From Anthoceros angustus (taxonomy: Eukaryota > Plantae > Anthocerotophyta), in NCBI GenBank assembly GCA_010909165.1, contig MU008155.1, forward strand, positions 1,302,001-1,366,000: DNA of 64,000 nucleotides, read 5' to 3'. Below, one piece after another: positions 24,174 through 37,017 of this stretch. The position numbers and the translations under genes were made by a program. The first letter of the stretch is position 1. Every line of letters starts with the position of its first letter. The notes under the pieces were generated by a model. The model was not told where the DNA came from. It saw nothing but the letters and a program-made list of their open reading frames with translations, and made no database searches.

Positions 24174-26005
24174 CTATCCTTCATAGGCAAAAAGTGAGTC
24201 CGGTAGATGAATCCTACACATTAGCACCGACACCGTGTAAGGAATGGTTAAGCACGAAATGCAAACCCAAATATGCACTATCGAGCCCGAATGGCTGGAA
24301 AATACATATAACAAGGGCTGGAAAATACGAGTTGAATGGCACGAAAACAATGGTATCGAAAATTCAGGCTTGAAGGCTGATAATTTCATGAGCGACACAA
24401 TCGGTAAGAACCCTTGCAAGCTCACTACAAACTCACCTCTTGGATGGAGGTGTTCGAGCACCGTGTGTTCCACATCGGTCTTCCTTTTCCGCCTCGGACC
24501 CCTTGGGCCCTTCTTGTCGATGACACGGCATTCTTCTGGTATACACGGTTCACAGTTCTCATTCACTGCAGCAGTAGGAAGATGCTCACAATCATGGACA
24601 CCATCTTGAATGGCACCATCTGCAGCCCGCGCTGCATTAGGTGCCACAAAAACAAAGGGGTTAGCACTAGGCGCATCCAGCTGCTGCGTCTCCCCTCCAT
24701 TTGCCGCAATTCGCTCCCTTATTCACATTCTACGCTCCAAAGCGGGCGGTTGCGGCTCATGATGCGCAGGACTTGAGGCAAGGGTGCCCGATTGGCCGGT
24801 CGGGATTGAGCTCACATGATCATCATCGACTGCGGGTTGGGCACATTCTTCACGTCTTGGACAAAAGTAGTTCCAGATGTCCTCTTCGACTATCAGCACA
24901 CTCGTGAATTGCGCAGCCGCTGATCTCCCCTTGACCGCGAGCATCATGGTTTAGCCAAAGCCTCGCCATATCCAGGACATTTTGCATCTTGCGTCATCCA
25001 TTTTCCACCTTGTTGCTCACATCCGCGCGCAAAACCCTAGGCGGAACCTCCCAAACAGCAGCCGTAGCGATGCTTGGGCCATGGTGTTGACCTTTACCTT
25101 CACCGCGCGCCCTTCCTCGTCGATTTCGCTCGGATGTCATCGGCCGACGGCGTATTCACGATCCGCACAGGACCTTCTCCTCAAATGTTGGTCGCCTTTC
25201 CATACATTCGGCCAGGCGTCACGGCTACCGTTGCGGGAGCTGTGAGGCTCATCCTCTTTACATCCTCGTCCTCTGAGGATCCATCCAAGTAATTTCTGCA
25301 TTGCTCCTTGTGGAAGTGGGCCTCCGGATCCTCGTCAGAGTCCTCACACTCGGTGGCCTCTAATGCCCTGACGCTGGCGGCACGCGTCGTGGGGCCTGTG
25401 GCACGGTTGGGCAAAGATTTGCCCTGCGATTGCCGCCCAGCGCCATCCTGACCAGACCATCCCGGCAAGCTCTTACCTCTGCCCCGCCTACCCCGTTTGC
25501 ATCGTCCACCCCGTCCTGGTGAGTAGTCCTGGCGGCCAAGAACAGCGTGCTCCGATTGTGCACCCTTCTCCTCCTCAGGCCTTGTACAAGCGTCTGCCTT
25601 CTGTGCCTGTGTGCGAGACTTCCTCACCCGCGTCCACTTACCTCTAAGGGCTTGAGCGCTGGCCCCAAAATCGGCGTGGCCACCTCCATATTCTTGTTCT
25701 TCCGAGCCGTTGGGTGTGATGCAAGTCTTCCTTGCTGCAGCGGCCGCTGCATCTCCAGCATAAAGCCGCCATGCGCTGTCTCCATATCCTTCTCGGCATG
25801 GAGCTCCACCCGAGATTTTGGCATCTACACAACCTCCCATTCGGCTGTGAAAACAAGAGCATGCAAAGGACAACACGCAAAAGCCATGTTGTTGCCCAAT
25901 GCACGAAAACACGAACTTACCCTTACGATCGATTATCTCTCTCCGCGCTCGAGGTGTTCTTCCTGCAGTTGCACTTCGGTGGATTGCTAACGGGGGCTTT
26001 GACAA
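24174..26005 (-). pseudogene. TE-derived fragmented ORF with SWIM-like motif (possible MULE transposase C-terminus)
   Basis: FACSCFHSRMGGCVDAKISGGAPCRE (~25790-25870) resembles CxC-x(n)-CxH and is followed by basic and acidic low-complexity tails. Confidence 0.35.
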
Positions 26006-26999
26006 GGAGATGACAAGCGCGTTTACTACGAGGCGAAGTGTTTTCCATACGCTTTCATGTGTCTCACTTGACGTTGTCGGCGAAATGACTCATAGTCGAA
26101 GTTCCGCCATTAGGGTTGGAGATTCAGCGGCCCTCATGCCGAGGGTTTTGAATGATGTTTTACTCGGTGGAAGGGAGCTCAAACTACGGATATGGCTTGG
26201 TGAATTAGCACATTACCATTGCATTTATAGCCTTCTTCGTCATTGGATATCGGTGATAATAAGATTTTACCCGAACCCTGGACCCAAAGGCCAAGGTTAC
26301 TTTAATCAAACCCTAACCCTCAGCCGACACATTCAACTCGATTTTTCGAAGGCCAAGGTTAATTTCACACAAACCCTAATCCTCGGCCGGCATCATTTGT
26401 GCGATGTCCGAAGATCAAGGATACTTTATGCTATATATGCTACCTACCCTATGCATTACAATTACCCACGGTTTTTGGAAGCACCCGGCTCGAGCAGCTT
26501 GGATTATGTCCGGGAGCCGGCTCATGCAGGTGTCTATCCTCACCAGCCCCGCGAGGGAGGACGACCATAAACCCTATTTCCTCTACCATCCGATCTCCAT
26601 GGCCACCCTGTTCAGCAAGGACCGAAGAGGCGCAGGCACATGTACGTACATAATTTACAGCTCATGAGCAGGCTCAAGCTCTTTGACCAGGGCATCGAAT
26701 GTTCTTGACCACTCAAATTCGGCGCACACTATTCTAGCACGCTTGGACCAACACAAGCATGTACTGTGAAGAGTAAAGTTGAAAATTGACTCATGGTCCA
26801 GTCTTCCCGCTCAATCCAATGGCTGGAATGTCGCCTAATCCTTCATCGCCCGCCACCCGGTCGCTGAGATTGCCCGTGCGATTTTCTGCCATCATATTTT
26901 TGCTCTGGTGGGAATGGAGCTCAAACCCTGGATATGGCAGCCGGCTGAATTAGCACATCATCATTTGATTTATAGACGTTTCCATTATTAGCTATGCTA

Positions 27000-29270
27000 A
27001 TCGCGGCCTGGTCTTAGGCACTGTGGCCTGCCTCCTTTGCCGCCCACCACTGGCTTCGCCACCAGGCCGGGTCCACTGGGCCGCCCCGCCCAGTCAGCGA
27101 AGCCTTCTTCGCTACCGGCCTCCTTCGCCTCCTTCGTCACACTGCCCTCTCCGCCTCAGAGAGGTCCTCAAATTGGCTGGGCTCAGGCTCGCTCAGTCTC
27201 AGTTTCAAACTGCCCATCACACCAATGCTGAATTTAGTCCCATCCCATCATTAATGGACCCTTTACCTTTCGGCCTCCCGGGCGCTTCCTTCTTCATGGC
27301 GGCCGAGAGCTCCGCCCTCCTCCGCCTCGGGCCGCCGCCCAATCGCCTCCGGAGGAGCACCATGCGCCTCCCTTGTGGCTTTCCACTCTCCCACTTGGTC
27401 TTCTATTCCAGCAGACCCTCGGCAGAGCATACCGCCCATGACGGTAGCTGTGACCCCGTCAGTGGTCTCTTCCACGGCCGCCATTGGTGAGGCCCCAAAA
27501 GTCCTCGTCCGGTGGGAGCGGGTATCCACGGTTGTCCGCCAAGGACCGGCGATCATAGCCCCTGGAGCAAGTCCGGACTGGGTTCTTCGGACCCACCGTG
27601 ACCTAGTGTCCCGAGTGCCGAGGTCCCGAGCGCTCACCTCCTTGGCCTTGCCGCCAATTTACCGCCTCTGGCCCCGGGGCCTTGAGGGGTGAGGGGGTTC
27701 GAGCCGACCCCTTGGCTTCCCGGGCGACAGATCGCTCGGTGGGTTGCCGCCAAGGACCGCCTCGCGCCTCTTTCGCCTTCTCACCGCCTCTTAGCCTCTT
27801 ACACCTGCAAGGGCAGGCTGTGTACCGCACCTTCGCGCCAAGTGCTAGGCGGCTATGTGGCACCGCCCGCTTTCCGCTGGTACACCAAGTAGTTCTGCTG
27901 GGCTCATCGGCTGCCGCCAGACTGGTCAGAGTTGGGCTGCTTGAGCGAGGCTGCCTCGGCACAGATCGCCGCTCGCGGGCATACCAGAGAGGAGGAAGCA
28001 GGATCTTCCCACCACACTTCCTAGTGGTGAGGGGTCCGCTCCAGACGAGTGGAGCCCCAGCATCCTCTCCCGCCCTCCTCCGGACCTCCCTTAGGGGGTC
28101 GGCCTCACTGGTGCCTCGGCCCGCCCGCCTCGGCAGGGCCGCCACCTCTGCAGCGAGCCCGCCTACCTCCCCATCCTTCAAGAGGGTCGGAATCCGCCCA
28201 TACATGGATTCCCCCGTAGGGGGATAGTCCCGGACGGAGGTGGCCTTTCGCCTCGCCGATGGAGTGCCTGCTGAACCTGCCCAAGATGATCCTTCCTCAC
28301 CGGAAATTTCTGCCCATCAAGCTGCCGCTTTATGGGAACACTCATTAAATTATCACCAAGGATCCACCTTGTGAGCAAGTTCCAGTGACAATGATCCGTC
28401 ACTACCCTTCACCCTTCCTCGTCTGCCACTGTGTCCAACATCAACCAAATCACAGTGGTTCGGGCCTGCCTGGCTTCAGAGCCAAGATCGGCTGCCAAGC
28501 CTATCTTTCCTTCCGCCTTTGAGGGGCCTCGGGACTACGCCCCCAACCCTCCTCATGAACTGGGTATGGTTGCCTCGTGGACCCTCCAAGGTCCTTCTCT
28601 CGATCTCCCTGAGGTTCTTGATCGAACTCTTTTGCTGGCCCGACCAACATCTTCGACAAGATAACTCGGACCACTGGGTGACACCGTCAAACGCCCGCAT
28701 AGCCTCCGGAATACGGAGCGCCACTCTTTGACCGAATCCTCCTCAGCCTCATCCAGGCTATGGCCCACCAAGTCCTGGATAGCGCCGGGTTACAATGCTT
28801 GCGCTCACTGTGTTCCATGGTTCTATACCTTCCGCAGCTCTCTTAGGTCCCATCGACCTTTTCCTCTCCTTTCGTCCAGAGCTGGAGGCCGATTGTCCGG
28901 AGACCACTGCACGATGCTGGTTGTCCGCTGCTCCAGCTCAACGTGAGCCGCAACTGGCTCCGAGCGCTCGGGTGGCTGGCCCTTATCTTCCTTTCTCGAG
29001 GTTTGTTGACCTGCACCACTGGCCTCTTCTTCCTCCTCTGGCTGCTGGAGGCCATCTTCTCAGACTGGCGGTCCATCGCCTGTCCCTCCCGCGAGGTTCC
29101 CGGACTCGGACCTCCTTGTTGATCGCCCGCCAAAGCATCTCGCCTTACGCCGCAAACTCGCGTGACTAGGAATACTGCCAACGCTGTCGTCCGCACTATT
29201 TGAACACGCCCATGCCACTGCCCGCACCACAATCCTCGCTTCCTCCACGACTCAGGGCCCAAGTCCACAT
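27000..29270 (-). mobile_element. Degenerate relative of the LTR-borne accessory ORF at 53787-56491
   Basis: FGASPMAAVEETTDGVTATVMGGML (27263-27637) vs FSGASPAVAMEETRRVLATVMDGML (~54040-54120). The 20-mer GGAGGCGCATGGTGCTCCTC is shared. A coiled-coil-like piece lies near 28900-29050. Confidence 0.6.
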
Positions 29271-31672
29271 AGCGTACTGGTCACAATGCTTGCGCCCACC
29301 TTTATGGGGTCCATGGACTCCTGCATCTCCGCAACCGAGCTTGGTGCCAGCCAGCCGATCCATACTCCCGGGTTGCCGAAGGCCTGAGTCGGAGCTCCGG
29401 CCGCATCCATGCTTATTTCCTCCTTCGCCGCTGCTTCGTTGCTACCAATTTTGACGGCGCTCTACGCTTGCCTACCAGGCGCTCAAAGAGCGTCACGGTG
29501 TAGAGTCCGATTGGCGGAGCAAGGACCGTGAGGCCATTGTCTCGAGGTCGCGCAGCCGAGACACTTCATCCTGGCTGCTGGCTAGAAGTAACGCTGGCTG
29601 GAAGGCGCCTTCGTAATTTTATGTCCGTCAAATTGCAACATGCTGGGGTCTGCATGGCGACACTATTCACCTTCCACGCTCGCTATCGCATCTTTTACGC
29701 CGCCGCGCGCCGGGCGTGATCACTCACCTCGCTAAGTACACGCTCTTTCTCTCGCAAGGTTACGGTCTCAAGGTTTACCGCATGCCCCACCTCCACTTCA
29801 GTCCACGGGCTTTTGTCATATAATTTCATGTAACACTGTGTTCCATTTGCAAGCACGCATTAAGTTAGTCCTATTTGGTATTAAGTTTATGATTTCCACC
29901 TTCATCTTAAACAACATGCAAGTGGTCTCCTCTCTCGACCTTATAGTGGTGGTCACCTCCACCATTAAAAGAGCTTAGCATTAAGTTTGTCGGAGACACT
30001 GTTAAGTTCTCGAGTGATTTTCTTCTCCACCTTCTCTCACCATCTTAACAACTTTGCTTGGTCTTATTTCCACCTCAACTTCAAGAAATTTGGGGCATAA
30101 AAGATGTACTTGCGATTTGCCTAACTCCCCGTTAAAGTGTAATAAAGTACTATATAATAAATGCCACGCATACCCGACATACATACGTAACCAAATTATG
30201 TAACATATATATTTATTACATACAAAAATATAATATGAATACATATCATTGAAAATCGATAGCCATATATATCCACTATAAACCTGATACCGTATAGTAC
30301 AAAGAACGTATTGAATAGCCTGGATATTTATGTGTGGTGGCATTGATGGATGTATACGATGGTAACAATCTATGTAAAACCGTGGTATTCCATAGGACAA
30401 AAGTAAAAAGAGAATGGTAGATTTTTGAGGAGGAGGTTCGGTGCAAGCCTATAAAAGGAAGTTACAAGACTTTTCTTGTAACACTTTATATCTCAAATCG
30501 AACTTTGAGAGGGACAAAGCAATTTCTCACCTCATCTCAACATAATTACCAACATGATTTGCAACAAAAGCCTTTGTTACGGTTTGGGCCAAGCCAAAGT
30601 GTAACAAGGGGCCCAAGAGTGTTGCATAGCCCCAAATTGCAAATATAGTGTTACATCCGGTGGTCCAAATCTTAACGCCAAAAGAAAAAAGGTTCTGTAA
30701 CATAAGCGAGGCATTTCTAGTAGGGATACCAATTTGCTTAACTTTCCCTTTCTCCAATGAATTAGGTGGGCAGCAATTTGTCAGCTAAAGCAAAAGACCA
30801 CAAAGAGCGAAGCACTTTAGGCCTCTAAGTAGCACGCCATCCTTCCTTCCATGGGATGACTCGCAGCCAAGACAATACATTGCCGCTCCTTGCTTCAACA
30901 AGGTTGTGTAACAAGAATGCCTAAGCTAGGTACATAACTTTCTCCCTCTCACAACTCTCCTCTGACACGATTGCCCACCTCTCGCTAAAGAGGGCAGTGA
31001 TACCTCGCAAATTTTTCATGGCGGCCCCTAAGGTCGTTAGAGAAGAAAAGGAGTTAAGGATAAAATAATCTTCCACACTACAATAAATTTTGAATGTAGA
31101 TATTCATCTCCGGTGGATATCACTTGTTGCACAATAGCTTAGGTATTCCATGGCATACAAGTTAGTTAAGTACCAAATCTCAAGGAGCGAATATTAAATC
31201 CAAAGTGGAGTTAACCCACATATTCTTCTCGAATTTAGTACATACATATTTAATATTCTATTTTTAGATGTAATAGCATACTCCTCATCACCCAGTTTGG
31301 GCGTTATTTTAGGCATGTAGCAATCAAGATGAATATGCAAAAACAGAAACACGATAATTTTGAAGGTGAATAATCAAGGGGTTTTCCGCAAATAATCTCT
31401 CAAGGGGTTTTGATGGGCCCTAAAAAATTTTGAAGGCATTGCGAAAACAACCAAAAAGGGTGTCACCAAGAAAGTTACTACTTTCCATCCAAAGAATGTT
31501 TGTGTCGAATGGTGGTCGCAAACTCAAACCTAGGGAATGATGCAAAGTAGGAACGGTGAGGAAGGCTGCTCACGCAAGTGGACGATCAGAACTCGCTTTG
31601 ATGGAAATGTGGTTTTGTTATGACACCACAAAAGCCACAGTGGTATTTCCTAACACGTAAACATCAAGAACG

Positions 31673-33680
31673 GACTACAACATTAACTCGGGACCCCGGA
31701 AAACGAGATTTCCCACTCATCCCCGTAGTTCAATCCATCACATCACTTGGTCCAAATTTTCTCCTCCATTGTCATCACTATCTTCACACTTTCACCGCAG
31801 TTGTATGAAGCCACGCAACTCGCAGAGCTTATCCCTTATCGCTTTTTGTCCACCGTGACATGATGTTTCCGCATGCTCAACATAAAACCCATAACAGTGA
31901 TGACTGCTTTCACAAATACCTCCTCAGATGTTTTTAGGTAATGGATCTTATTCCCTTTTTCCTAAGATTGGACCGATGGGTTACCAGGGCGACTATGTGT
32001 TCCCGCACATATCTCCTTCATACGCATCTATGTGCTCGGTCCGATACTAGTGGATAAGAAAGTGAGGTCGTGCGCTTAGCTTCACGCCAATGACCTCCCA
32101 ATCCGTAATGGCCTGCTATGCATGTCCGTATTGCACGACCGCCGTAAACATCCCTCCTGATTGTATGTCCCCATTCATCCGTGCATTTCCCGCAGCTTGC
32201 CTTCCCGCATTTTGATATGCCCCAAATACATATCATCACGTGGAGGTCCTCAATAATGCCTCATCTAGCAAAGCTTCATCCGCACTTGAAGTGGTCAGTC
32301 AGATGATCCACTTCGCACGTGAAAACCACTTCCAAGGACGTGTAGCACTAGCCCAATGTTATTCTCCACAACGATAGCAATCTCCTTCCGTCCACCCAAA
32401 AGGCTTCCCACCACTTATACTCTTCAACAAATACCTATGGACGCAAATCTTTTAACCCTTCCCGCAAATGGGCCACACCTTCCATCGGTGATAGGATACC
32501 GCTGCCCTTCTTGTCCCCCTAGCTTCACCAGATGCACCGTAGGATGGGCAGGAGGCGCCACGCCTCCCCCAAAGATGTCGCCATGGCGCCACGGCCGCCT
32601 CCCTAGCACACTGCCGGCCGGCCCGCCTCCCTAGCACACGCCATGGCGCCGGCCGGCCGCCCAACACACGCCGCCTCCCCTAGCACAGCCTGGCCGGGCC
32701 GCCGCCCCAACACGCCCGCCGGCCGCCCCTAGCACAGCCGCGGCGGCGCCCTCCCCTAGCACACCGCCCATGGGCGCCGCCGCCTCCCTAGCACACTCGC
32801 ATGGCCGCCACGGCGCCCAACACACGCGGCGCCACCGCGCCCCCACCAACACGCCATGCGCCATGGCGCGGCCGGCCGGCGCCTCCCTAGCACACCGCCA
32901 CCATGGCGCCGGCCGGCGCCCTCCTCAGGCTGTCTTCCAAAAATAAATATTTAGCGCCTCAAGATATTTCAACCATGGATTGTTGGTCTAGTGTTTGGGA
33001 AATAAGTGTAACGAATAGGTTTCGTGTTCAAACCTCGTCTCCTCAACAACTCAATTTTGTTGATTTTAAGGATGCTTGCATGGGCGCATGGGCAACTAAC
33101 TTTGTTCATTTTAAGGACGTTGGCATTGCCTTAAAGCCCAAGTGGTTGCATTGAGTGCCGGTTGAAGACCACGACGGCGACCTTTTGGATGAGGGTCGCA
33201 GATAGATGTCAGGCGACACGGACGGGCCCAAGAATGATACTATTGAAGAAGCAAGCAATGGAGGAGAACGACAACTTCGAGGAGGATATGGACCGCCTCG
33301 AATATGGCGGTGGTACTTGACTCCGCCGCGCAAGGCATGGATGAGTCGCCAGCCGCACTCTTGAATGGCTATTGTCGATGCCGATGACCACTTCCTCCTT
33401 CAGCTTGTTTGTTGCAATGTTCTCACGACCACTTAAATGAGACTCCGCTAGTACAGTGATTGTTTTCATTGTGTTCCACCACTTGAAAGTAAAAGTTTTT
33501 TGTAATAAACATATGAAAATGGCAGCCCTCTATGCATTCTACTAAACGCAACGGGCCCACACCCTATGCTCCAGCTCGGTGTAGACTTGAAAGTGCATCT
33601 TTTATCAAAGATATGACCTCGTAAAGGGTGTGTGCATTATCAAAGTAGGGCACATATGTCGCTCTAGGTAAGGTGTTCTT
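31673..33680. repeat. Second copy of the segment inverted at 9455-11350, including a CCTCCCTAGCACAC-type GC-rich array (~32570-32910)
   Basis: Direct sequence comparison by eye. Confidence 0.9.
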
Positions 33681-33872
33681 CGTGACAAGGTGTGTCTCGG
33701 CCGGAATGATATCCCCTTCAAAATTATCGTGTTCGCACTTGTGTTTGCCTCTTGGCACGCCAGAATTGCATCGCTGCGTACCACGTGCATCGATCAGGCC
33801 TCTTCATCGCTGCAATCCGGATTATTCTTTGCCGAATTTGGGTTGCCTTCATGATTCCTCACGTATAGATTC

Positions 33873-34232
33873 TTGAATGTCTCGGAGGAGGTGATCGAGA
33901 ACTTGGATGGTTGGGCGGCAGAGTGCCTGGGAATTTATCGGGTAACGTGGGAGCACGCTTGGGCGGCTCGGAGGCTTCCTGAGCGCGACCCATACATGAC
34001 CGACGAAGCCGCAGACCGGCTGATGGCGCTTCAAACTCAAGCGGAGGCGGTGGATTTCAAGAGGAGGCTCATGGAGATGGGGCGTTGCTTGATGGAGATT
34101 ATTGCCCTTTCGGAGGGTCCGAGTAGGGCGTGCCCAGACTTAGGTTGTGTCTTCCAAGACTGGATTGCAGCTCAGCGCCACAGTTTAGAAGTGTTATATA
34201 GAGCTGCCCAGAGGCGTTGCGGAGACATTTAG
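33873..34232 (+). CDS. Hypothetical ~119-aa helical protein near a CACTA end
   Basis: Open frame with protein-like amphipathic composition. It starts at TTG with no in-frame ATG until later, so it may be an exon. Confidence 0.35.
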   Translation: MNVSEEVIENLDGWAAECLGIYRVTWEHAWAARRLPERDPYMTDEAADRLMALQTQAEAVDFKRRLMEMGRCLMEIIALSEGPSRACPDLGCVFQDWIAAQRHSLEVLYRAAQRRCGDI

Positions 34233-34669
34233 CGTAGAGGCATTTTTCAGCCCGTCTCTACCTATCCCATTCCACTTTTGATCGCCCCTTTTGGGCAAAA
34301 GTAATCCTTCTGGGCTAATAAATCGTGGTAGAACTTAACCAATACCACATCTACTTTGTGTACTTGCAGTGAAATCGGACGCTGTATTGGTCTGGTGGAT
34401 AAGATCATGCACTGCAAATGTGCGTTCGAGGGTTCGAATCCATTCCTCGACAGGTGTCAAAACAAGTTGCAAGTTTGATGGAAAAGTTTTTGCATTGCGC
34501 ATAAGCGCATGAGGGTTCGAGCTCGCGCGCATACGATGCCCTTGTGGATCGAACCAAATGCATGTTTTGTCTCGGAACCCGTCATTAAGCGCCCATACAC
34601 GCGTTCCTTCTATATTGTCTATAAATGTGAGGGCGTCATAAATTAGTGTCATGGTATAGCGTATCTAGT

Positions 34670-34991
34670 CGTAAAGGGTCTTGTTGTAAACCCTACAGGT
34701 GTGTAGTAAACTATGGGATGTTGTAAAATACCATTGGCATATTGTAAAAGAACCTAACAAGTGCCCCGTAGTAAAATCCATTTTGTTTTGCCACGTCAGC
34801 TGTTGCGCCTTTGGCAAAACAAGCCTTGTAGTAAAGTTGGAATGAGGGTTAGTAAATTCATGGCTATACTTGAAAATAATACATGGACTTGAAACAATGC
34901 CTTCAAGTGACGTAGTAAAGTGGGCAGTCGTGGTAAAATGCACCCCTGTTGTAAAACTGCAATTAGTAAAAGTACCCTTTTCCTAGTAGTG
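34670..34991. mobile_element. Right terminus of a CACTA element (partner end not found)
   Basis: TTTTCCTAGTAGTG ends at 34991 (reverse complement CACTACTAGGAAAA), preceded by about 10 GTAGTAAA/TTGTAAAA subterminal motifs. Confidence 0.8.
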
Positions 34992-36059
34992 AATAGTGAG
35001 TAATAAGGACGGTAGGTGAAGGAGGCCGCATGCACAAATGAGGAAAGATTTGAGGGGTTCAAGGGGGAACGTGCTAACGCGCAGACACAGGTAGCACCAA
35101 AATTTGGCAGAAGCCCGACTCAAAGCAGGTGGAAGGATGTCTAGGCTGCAGAAGGAGAAGAGCATGATGACTATGCAGGTGGAGGTCACAGGCGACGGCA
35201 CATGCCTGGACAAGCATGATCTGTGAATGCAGAGGTCATCAACTGCATGTTGGTGCAGCGTCAGCAGCAGACCGCCTACCACTCTGATGTCAGTTCACTC
35301 CACAAGGAAGGTATCCTGGTGTTTAATAAAGCACGGAACTCATTATCCAAGGTTACCATGGTATTTGGATGATGGGCATGTATGCATACCAAAAGGAGCA
35401 AGTTCTTAATCATGCTTGGATGAAAATATAGGTGTTTTTTTTAAATATAAAATATAGTATAAATCCATTACATGATTCCTTTGGTTTTTACTCTAAAATG
35501 ATTACTTATATTTCTCATTTAGATTATAATTTTGAAAATTAAAATTAAAATCTCATTTTTCTTATTCATAATTAAAGAAAGAACTATTCTAAAAAGTAAG
35601 TAGATTCCATGTTAGATCTCTCCCGTGACCAATCTATTGGCTCGATGCAGCATTTTCTTATGAGAGGATGGAGTATAGAATAACAGATCCATCGATAGTG
35701 TCTGATGCGACGGGAATCCACCAAGTTTCTTCCAAACTTGGTGGTTTTGTGGCTGCATATAGAAGCGACCATGGAGTTCCTTGTTAAGTTGCACCATGGA
35801 ATAGTAGTTTGTGGCATTGATCGAGAGCGCATTGAATGTGCCTTTTTAAATTGGCAATGCTTCCATGATTTTGTGGGCCACCATGTGCAACAACAAAAAC
35901 TAAATAGTAAAGAGTAAAGTCTAGGGCAATGGGCAACAAAGAAAGAGCCTGATCCTGTATGGAGGATTAAGGCCTGCTTGGTTCATTTACCATATATATT
36001 TTTTACTTTGAATCTAAAGATATTGCACAAAAACAAAGAACTCAATCTCCACTTGCACT

Positions 36060-36125
36060 CGTGCTCGCAATATCATTAACAATACAAAAAGATGCTCGCA
36101 ATATCATCAACAATACAAAAAGATG
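36060..36125. repeat. 31-bp tandem duplication
   Basis: GCTCGCAATATCATYAACAATACAAAAAGAT occurs twice. Confidence 0.85.
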
Positions 36126-36404
36126 TCATAGTCCACACAAATAGAGGCTAGTATGGTTTGCTTGGCGTATATTTTAAAACTGAAATCAATAATAGAGTAT
36201 TGAACCAAGTCTCAGTCGAAGTGTTACACTATGATTGGTTACAACTCTAATACTAGTAGGCCAACTAGGATATTTTCTAGGAATGAGAAAAATAATTCAA
36301 TTAAATTACATAATAGAATATATCAAATCTTATATTATATTGAGGAGTCATTTCCTTTGGGTGATTAGAAGGAAAGACCACATGAATCGTGAGAAGCGGA
36401 CATG

Positions 36405-36495
36405 CCTCAAGTGTTTAGTGAGTGAATCACATGACAAGGCCCATTTTTCCTCAAGTGTTTAGTGAGTGAATCACATGACAAGGCCCATTTTTCCG
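36405..36495. repeat. ~44-bp tandem duplication
   Basis: CCTCAAGTGTTTAGTGAGTGAATCACATGACAAGGCCCATTTTT occurs twice. Confidence 0.9.
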
Positions 36496-37017
36496 ATGAT
36501 GCCGGAGGCTCCAGGCATTACAGGATCAATATGCGATCCTTTCTGAAAATACGTTGTACTGGGTAGATCGAGTTACATAATATCCATGATAGGTGGTCTA
36601 CTCATTAGCAAAGCCTAAGTTTGTAACAAAAAGTAACAATCATCAAATATGGATATAAAAATATTTTAAGCATGTTAAATTAGCTTAAAAAACTTATGAG
36701 TGAGGTTTGCCTCAATCTATTCCTCGAGTCGTAGAAGAAGAAGAAGTCTATTATAGTCCACTTGGATGGATTTTTCTTATCATGGGACTTGGTACTTGAT
36801 AGCTTGTACCATGGCTACTCGCACCAAGGGCATCCACTCCCTCTAGGCACCCCATCTAAGTACCGATCTAAGTACAGGATGTTAAATAACGACGTTCTTA
36901 TAAATGCACATCCAATGCGCGGTCTTATAAATACAGCATAATTGTCTAGTTTTGCCATAGTATTGACTATTGTATCGACGTTATGTTTCCTCATAAATGT
37001 GCACTATCCTTGTGTTA

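Noticed and set aside
12989-34991. A single 22-kb CACTA using the TIR at 34991
   Set aside because: The flanks do not match (CCC vs AAT) and the subterminal motifs differ. The end at 23855 fits far better.
35584-35917. Short ORFs in the AT-rich interval
   Set aside because: They are short, with no recognisable motif or splice support.
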